A stretch of 61,821 bases of DNA, filler included, from Platydemus manokwari (taxonomy: Eukaryota), in assembly GCA_037951405.1 (NCBI GenBank). It is 6 parts of 6 records of this genome, joined end to end, with 100 filler letters (N's around TTAATTAATTAA, not from the genome) between each part and the next. Parts side by side here need not be neighbours in the genome. Positions count along the whole stretch, not along the records: positions 51,455 to 61,821 come from JBBMOY011130552.1; 5 more parts are not named here. One strand, 5' to 3'. The notes beneath the pieces are model-generated. The model was given only the letters and a program-made list of their open reading frames with translations. It made no database searches and was not told the origin of the DNA. The position numbers and the translations under genes were made by a program. The first letter of the stretch is position 1. The number at the start of each line of letters is the position of its first letter. Below, in pieces: positions 53,321 to 61,821 of this stretch.

Positions 53321-55255
53321 TCATGGGTGACTGAAATAAATCACCAGGAATGGTAGATGGGGATTAACGATTATTACACAATCAAAAGAGATGATATTAA
53401 CCTAGTTAGCACATTAAATTCTCATCATAATTGAAATTTTTCAAGATTTTATAATGGAAGTTTTAAAATATAAAAGAAAAAAGCTGATAAATTTTGTTTT
53501 AAAATATGTCCTAAAATATCAGTAGCTATTAACTACAACGAACTGATAGAAAATCATAAATTCACCGCGTTATTGAAGTTCTTTTCCTTAATAAACCATA
53601 GTCGCCATATGTATATTGTCAAATTTTTCATTATCATTAAAAATCTTGTACGAAAATTTTTTTTGAAGTAATAACAAAATTTTAATTAAATTTCTCTATA
53701 AATTTTTTAAACGAAATACATTAATCCAGGAAGTAGTTTTAAAATCTAACAGAGAAAAAGATTACATTAACTTTGTAAGAAATTAATTTCACGAATTATA
53801 ATCTCAAACAATTACAATACAATTGAATGTGATGTTACGTTCTATTTTATCGATTCACAAGTTGAATATTTTAAAATATTTATTTCACGTACCAACTAAT
53901 ATTTAAACAATCATTAAATATTCATTCTAATTATACAACATCTGATGTAGAGAAAAATGGAATATCAATTACAAATGATATATTTCAAAATCACAGAAGG
54001 ATTAACAGAAATACAAATTTGATTGGATAATTTTGATTTATTTCTTGCCATAATAAATTGACGGATCTCACTCGATTTAAATACTGTATTATTAAATGTT
54101 TTATATCTTTCGTAAACATGATTTTTCGATAATTTAGTTTCAATAACTTTACTTCAAACTCGATTCTATCAATCAAATTCAATACTATTTATTAAAGATT
54201 AAAAACAAAGCGAAATTTAGAATTTATAGCTTAAAAATTCATTAATCAGTTCTAAAGTTGTACGATGTAAACTAATAACATTGAGGTGAATTGCAGGAAA
54301 AACAAGGAATATATTTATGTAAATGTAGAGGCGTATTATTCTGATACACAACCTGAATAAAAAGGAATTTGGGATTTTTGCATCAATATGTGGTTTATTG
54401 TTTTTGTTGATACCATGAGAAGTAATCTGAAAATCAATTTTTCAATGATATGCCTATCATCATTGACATTTAGCTTGTTAATTTTGCTGACGGATATCAA
54501 CATTTTTCTAAGTATTTTCAAAATTTTTCACTGAGAATTTTAAGTCCTTTTGACAAACAAGGTACCTGAAGCGTGATTAACATATAACTTTTCTTTATTT
54601 TGTTATTTTAAAAAGTGTGCTGGAAGTTTGTCGAGTTTTGCAGGAAATCGATATACTTAGCTGATTTCCTAGGTTTCGTTTAAACATTTATTATCGTATG
54701 AATTCAAAGTCATCGGGTGCTGTGCTTGATTTGATTTAGAGTTTCATTATTAAAATACATCTATACGTAGTTAGGGTAAAATTTAACCGAAGGAAGTGAT
54801 AAATTATAAAAATATTTGCATGAAAAAATTCTTGAATTATAAGTGTTCGCCGATAATGGATTATTCCTTTCTGATAAAGATAATTTAAGTTGAAGATTGT
54901 GCTATTCATCAGTTTTATGTTAATTTAATATCAACCTAAAGTAACGAAAGATGAAAATTGTTTCGCCTAATATTTCTATGTTGATTAATTAATATTTGTT
55001 ATCATGTGTATGTTATGTTATAAGCCTCAAAATCTGCATTGCATCACTACAATAAAATAAAGCACAATGAAATTAAAATAAATTTGAAAATAGTGCAAAA
55101 ATCTCAAGAATTTATTTGTCTATTTTATAATTCTAGCGCTGTTTTATAAGATTATCCAGTATTTTAAGCTACTTAAAAAATAAATTAAACATAAACCGCA
55201 ATTAATTCTTGCTAAACAAGAAATTCATCACCAAAATTTTAACACAAATATTTGT

Positions 55256-55479
55256 GCCCTTGATTATGAAAGTGGTATAAGTCATATATTTCTTGTTTGA
55301 AGATATTAAGGGATTTGCCTGTTAAAGAATTAAAAAATATTTGTGTAATATGGAATGAAATATTTTGACAATTAATTAGCGGCGGTAAATCAGCATTTAA
55401 TATGATTGTGAATTTTATTACCATTTAAGTTTGTTTTTGAAAGGTTGAAATGACTTATACCACTTTCATAATCAAGGGC
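55256..55479. mobile_element. MITE-like element with perfect 30-bp terminal inverted repeats
   Basis: gcccttgattatgaaagtggtataagtcat (55256-55285) is the exact reverse complement of 55450-55479. Confidence 0.8.
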
Positions 55480-57094
55480 TCATTTATAAACAATGAAAAA
55501 CCAATGATCCTTCTTGATTGAGTTTTTATTCGATTTGTTTTAATAAAACCTCACATTAGTCTATTAATAAATGAGAAAATAACACCTTAAAAATTTCATT
55601 TTGTCTTAGATTAAAAAAACCTAGTTGAGAATGAATTTGTATATATTAAAAGAAGCGAAATTTAATCGTATCAATAAATTTTAAATTATCTGATTTTTGT
55701 GGTTGAATTTGATTGGTTGGATGGATGGAAACAAGATTTTATATGATTTATCTAAAATTTTCTTAGAATCAGATAAAATTAAAGAGTTCTAGTTTGGCTA
55801 ATTATGACAAAACATCTTTTAGTAGCACATTAATCGGTCGCCAAGAATGAAATTTGTTGATAATTGTAAAATATTATGAATTATTTTATTTATAAATTAG
55901 TTACCCATGTTATCCATAGAATTTTACCATTCAAACGGTAAATTTTGCAGGCTGCTGATATAAATTCATGACATAAGAGAATAAATATCTAAGATCAGTA
56001 AGAACCAAAGCTCATCTATACTTCGTTATTCTTAACTTTTGATTCTGGGACACGACGTGGCTCATTTGAGAGAAACAAAGTTACCTTTATGAAATTTGCC
56101 GAACCAATTTCTTAGTATCTGTTTGGTAAGAACATTGAAATCAAATACATTCCGATCATTCCACTTTCAAGAAAATAAATTCATAAATAAAGTTTTTGCA
56201 TTTTCAGAGCTTCAAATGATTACTTTAAACAGGCGAGATATGTAACTGTCTTAAAAATAAGAAAAATGTGAGGAAAATCGGTCTGTCAAATAATCAAGTT
56301 GATAAATGGGGTATTATTATTCGATTACATTCTTTTGCATTAATTATAATAAACATAAACATTATATATATTCATTAATAATATTTAAAATAATATATCC
56401 ATGTTATCTCTTATTTATTAATATATTTTTTTATATCTAAAATTCACATAAAGTCTTGTTCATATGATCAGTTGCGCAATCATAAGCTTAACCTTGAATA
56501 CCCTTAAGCGGTGCTTGAATCTGTTTCAAAACATGGCCTATCATTGTCATACAAATTACATCTGACAAAGTTCCCATGAATTATTTCAAACGATATTTCA
56601 TTGAATCCCTTGATATTTAAAAGGCAGGAAATGTGTTTCACTTTGATAAATCATAACTATTTGAAAGAGATAAAATATAGTATATCTCACTAATGCGTAT
56701 GAAAATTGTGAGAATTTTTCATCAAGAATTAGATTTATTTATCACGAATCTTACAGTAAAAACAATTTCATATAATCGAAATAAATCAACATGTTTATTT
56801 GCATAACTTTACAACAAGTGAATTGGTTTTTGACGATTTGTTTACTTTACATTTTAATAGTTCGATTAAATCAACAAATTATCTGATTTTATTCATTTTT
56901 ATATTGTATTTTCAATTGAAACTTTCTATCAATTAATTTGTTTCGTAATTATTTTCAATCTTTTTGAATGATTTTATACAGAAACTTCATGAAATAAAAA
57001 TTGTTTATTATTCAAGACAGTAATTAAGAAAGATTTTTGCATCTTCAATCTTTGTAAAACTCCAATATGTGTAAGGGTTAAAAGGACTTGGTGA

Positions 57095-57786
57095 CAATGC
57101 TCCCTGTCTGCTCTCTGTGGGTGCACACACAGGGTGAATGTTAGTTTAAATATAGTTTTTGAGAATGAGATTTTTATTTCCTTAGCAACGGACAGTGCAA
57201 TAATTTCAAATTTTATGCTCAAAGAAAATTGAAATCAAAATCTGTGAACAGTTTTCTAGAACTTCTGCAACTTGATTTTAAAAGCCAAGAATATTATGAT
57301 TTGACAAAGTTGTTGGATACTACTGGAACATTTTAGGTATCAAGTACTGATTGTGAAAGGGGATTTAGTTTAATGAAATCCATTAAAGCCAAGCAAAGAA
57401 ATAAAATAGGTGATGTACATCTGGACATGATTGTGGGAATTAAGAGCTATATTTAAAGTAATGGTGTGTTTAATTTATATTGAATGTTCAAAAAACAGAA
57501 TAAAGAAGAATTAAAATGTTTGTACACAATTGTCACAAACAAAAAGCAGTTGGTGCAATTTATTTGCTTTAAGTACTTGTTTCATTGTAGCTTATAGTAT
57601 TATCTTCAACAGTTTCTTGTATCCCTACTATTCGTCTTGTAAAGAAATAAAAAATATTTAAAATGAATAAATTTTTTACGTGTCTTATGTTTATTGTTGT
57701 GTGCACAATTAATTTTAGTTTGCCATATTTTGCACAGCGCTAAGTATTGCGCAAGGGGAGACTTGCATAAATTAGATGGAACATTA
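57095..57786 (+). mobile_element. Non-autonomous hAT (Tip100-like) element retaining the C-terminal dimerisation-domain coding remnant
   Basis: TIRs CAATGCTCCCTG and (reverse complement) TAATGTTCCATC; 8-bp TSD CTTGGTGA (57087-57094) / CTTGATGA (57787-57794); internal SSTDCERGFSLMKSIKAKQRNKI...LDMIVGIK. Confidence 0.88.
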
Positions 57787-59559
57787 CTTGATGATCAAAG
57801 TTTTGTGAATTACACATGATATTCCACCGAGAGATTGGATTATTAATTATTTCTAATAACCACTATTATTAAATCAATATTATCTCAACATTATTAACCC
57901 ATGGCCACTCAGCTTTATCTTTGATTTCCACTAGTCCAGACCAATTGAATTTTAGTAACCAGAATATCATTCACAAATATAATTATAACATAAAGTCAAG
58001 AGTGTTAAAATTGTCAATTTTACTCGGAAAACCTTTCAATGAAAATTCTACAAGATAGATTAGGTTTTTTAAATACCAAATTTTACCAAAACATGTTTAA
58101 AATATAATTATTTTTAATTATTTGCACCGAAAATTTAGATGAGTTAAATTTAAAATTAAGATAATAAAGTGTAACACCCAGTATTTATCTACGACATTAA
58201 TTGTTGTTAAATTAAATTTATGTAATTCAAAATAATAGCTTACAAACATAGTATTAATTTAAATGTTGAAATATAAAAGAATATAATGTATTAACGTTGA
58301 AGTTTTATAAAAATAGAGGTTACGATTTGAAAATAACACTATAATTATTACTCCAATTTTAATCCAACTACTATGGTTTTTCATATCTAATGCTAGATAA
58401 TTCGAGTCTCGAAATCAAACATGATTATTAAACACGAAAATATGATATCAATGATACAAAAGCAATGAGACTAAATAAACAAATAGCATATATTAGTTTA
58501 AAACTGAATTTAATAATTTTAAATACACTTATTATGCTTTCAATGTTAGAGCTTTAAGAATACATCCTGCAAAAAAGAATTTGATTGTTCTTAAATATTG
58601 GACAGGAAACCCTAGTAAAAAGACTAAAATAGAGATGTTTTAAGAGAGGTCTCAGATATTTAACAATATTACTAGTCTATGAAAATTGATGAAGGCTTAA
58701 ATATTAATTATTATGATTTTAACAATTGAAAAATGGATGATAGATTTGATAAACATTTCTCTGATTCGAAACATTTCTTCTCAAAATGATCTGGATAATC
58801 TAGTAAAATTTTCTAATAAGTGTTTCGCGAAACATGAAAAATTATTTATGAAGATTTACGCTAGAAGATTAAGTTATAAATTGTAGAATTTTTATGATTC
58901 TTCTGCGTTGGATATGAAATGTAGCGGGTTGGATTTCACAATATAATATAAGGAAATTCTTCATTTAAAAGTATTAGGAACTTTATAAAATTTTATTTTT
59001 AAAATAACATTAAGAACAAGATTTCAGTGACATCTAAGGTTTATCGTAACCTTAAAATATGATTATTAAAACAACATGATTTAATATTTTAATCTTTAAA
59101 AATGTAAATTTGAAATATATTTAAAATATTATTTAAAGCACCTAGCCCGATCAATATCAAAATTAGAAAACAATTCGAAAGAATTTTCTTCATTGTAAAC
59201 AAAATTTTATGAACAGAATGAAAAGCGGAGTAAGTAAACAAAAAATAACTTCAATTTTTATTTGTAAATAAAATCTTATTTTCAGAAGGAAATTGTAAAT
59301 TTATGAATAAATCAAGTAAACATATCTTGTAGTATAGATGATTGTGATGAGGCAGCAACATTGGCGAATTACCGTTATCGAATCATTTATCATTCGACTT
59401 TATCATTACATAGAAATATATATTTTCGGATATTGTCTGTTGGGTGTGTTCATTGATTGATGTTTCTCTATAATTGAAATATAACAGAATCTGATATATA
59501 ATATAAACACCTTAGTAGATTAAATGCTAAAATATCGAGTTCATTATATTTTAAAAGAT

Positions 59560-59950
59560 TTTCGGAAAGGAACTACAGATAGTCTACTAGATTGAATTAT
59601 CCCTTCTCATTAACTGATATACTTGGTCCATATTTATGTCCTATAAATCCAGTACATTAATTTCTGGATATCAGGTACTGGAAAAGAAAATTTTAGGCTT
59701 CTGTTTCCAGAAGTATAAATACATTTTCATCGAGGCATCGATTTTTGGGAGGGGAGTTTCAATTGGTTTCGCCTTGTGTAATAATATTATTTTTTAGAAG
59801 GCGTTCTATCAATTCTAAAATTTTACTTTCTAAATATATTTGGGTTTTTTGCAATATGTACCCTTTAGTTAAGAACTCGTGTTTGATGAAGTTTTTTAAG
59901 TGTAAAGTCACGCTTATAAGCCATACTCTTCATGCTCATTTCAATTTTAT
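59560..59950 (-). pseudogene. Decayed gypsy RT N-terminal remnant
   Basis: IKHEFLT...ILELIERLLKNNIITQGETN*NSP and FPVPDIQKL resemble the I..LL..GII..S.S.WASP and YPLP.I.EL motifs. Confidence 0.45.
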
Positions 59951-61821
59951 CTCGATATATTGTTTCTTAGATCTTCGGCATCAATTGATTCTATCCTTAT
60001 AAAGAATATTTCGCATATCACAATCTTATTCAAGTGAAATTTTTTGAATCGAAAATATGTCTGTATTGGAAAATTCTGTATGCCATTTCACATTTAGATG
60101 GTCTTATCCAGAAATATCAAAACATTTCAATTCTTGTGCCATTGTAATATATTGTATTTCATTGACTGTTGCCAGCCCGGTCTCTCTTCGTGTCCTCATT
60201 CTTTATTTATATTTTAACTCTGTTTGATATATATATACAGAGAGAAATATAATAGAATATGTACTAGTAAGCCGATACCAATACATAAAAAAATGAATTT
60301 ATAGAGAAATTTTAGTGACCGAATATTCATTTCGGTTACAAACTACTTAATTAAGTAGCTATCAAAAGTAGCAACCATAAGAAATTTATGAATGTCATAT
60401 TTTTATAAGTCCAATTACTTATAGTATCGATCTATTAAAACATAAGTCTATAATTTATACCTCATCACAATTTTAAGTTTTTTTTACCCCTTGAGCTATA
60501 CTTGATTTCATTGAATATCGGAATTTATTTGAGTTTACTTGACTTTTTAATAATAAACCCCAGCATTTTAAATGGTCTTTCGAATTGAAAATCACCTTGT
60601 AAATTTTATTTGTCCTTTTATTATCGAGGTTTCTATTTTGCTTTCTTTGATGATGCCTTAAGAGTTCGAAGTTTAAATGTATATTATATACAAAAACTGC
60701 CTCAAATGATAAAAATGTTGTAGATGAGCTATTATATTACTGAAATATGTTAGTAGAAGAATGTCATAACATTTTTTCCACCTTGATTCTCATTTTAGTT
60801 TAAATCATTTAAAGTTCACAAATGTTAAATATATTTGTTATTTAGTTTTCCTTTGTGTTGTTTCTTTTACTTAAATTAATCGATTCGGTTTGGTCACTTT
60901 AGCTACAATAACTATTTCTTTACCCAACCGTATTTAATGTATAAAGCAGATTGATTGAAAACTCTCGAAATTTTTCTCAATGGAAATTCAGGACATGTTG
61001 AAGAGTGTTGATAAAATTCCATTATTCAGGAATTTTCTTTATTAATTACACAAACATGATAGGAAATACCTTGAAAAATCAATATTAAATAATTCAAAGA
61101 TAATTAAAGTCTTAAAAATATAGCAGTATCAAATTTATCGATTAAAAATGATGAGTCTTTATCATCAAGTTTCATTCTTTTAGATTTAATTAAAAGATTT
61201 TGAGTTTTTCTGTTTATACATAATTTTTGAAGTAATTTTTGAGAGATTAAATTAATTTAAGACTGCTTTAATTTTTGGATTTTCTTTGTGAATGCTTTTG
61301 TCTTCAGAAATCTGAATCTCGATTACATCTTAAATCAACAATAGATGATATTGGATTCATAACCATTCATCAGTGGTTATGTCTGTCATCAGCATGCCCG
61401 TATTAATCTCCAAATATCTGATTTGAAAGCACGCCATTTTCAAGATTAACCAATTTATGTGAATGATATAAAACGAATCATCTTTGATGAATTCATTCGA
61501 AACCATTATGGCGTAAAATAATTACCTAAAAACAAGTTTGGAATTGTCATTGGGAACAGATGAAACATTATCACGCTTACCGATGGAAGCTATTCAGTGA
61601 TGCGCAATGTAATTTGATCTGTACATTTTATTTCAATTGGGAAATATTGAAAACTAATTAAAACACTGGAAAATGTTTTAGATTGATTTAACAAAATGAA
61701 AACCGTGAAATTTTACATTTCACCAAAAGATTTTTGACAAGATCGACAAATTGTTATTGTTTGATCTTTTGATAAATAATGAAGCATGAAATTGGTTTGA
61801 AATTAAAAATAGCAAAAGATA

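Noticed and set aside
1-61821. tRNA, rRNA, snRNA or SL RNA genes
   Set aside because: The GGTTCGA occurrences checked (8291, ~14724, ~22282) lack cloverleaf context, and no RNA gene was recognisable by eye.

Overview
Very AT-rich eukaryotic (animal) genomic DNA with many minimal introns of 41-58 nt. It is built from six contig pieces joined by five artificial 100-nt spacers (N44-TTAATTAATTAA-N44), so adjacency across spacers is not trustworthy. Recognisable host genes are CHMP3/Vps24 (2 exons), four internal exons of an axonemal DNAH5/8-type dynein heavy chain, and flotillin-1 (at least 7 exons). The axonemal dynein implies a ciliated animal; a planarian-like flatworm is plausible but is inference only. 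Mobile DNA is abundant: a near full-length but decayed ~5.9-kb RLE-type non-LTR retrotransposon carrying a Ulp1/C48 protease (NeSL-like), an internally deleted Ty3/gypsy (gag joined to integrase), solo-LTR-like sequences, pogo/Tigger, Tc1-like, hAT (one with TIRs and an 8-bp TSD) and a MITE. The most novel-looking item is a cluster at 38.7-43.7 kb that the ORF track mostly misses. It is a duplicated cassette of two convergent genes for small secreted six-cysteine peptides with palindromic spacing C-x3-C-x6-C-x13/14-C-x6-C-x3-C. The cluster shows a conserved signal sequence with a hypervariable mature region and reciprocal pseudogenisation between the two cassettes, a pattern typical of toxin, defence or pheromone peptide families.
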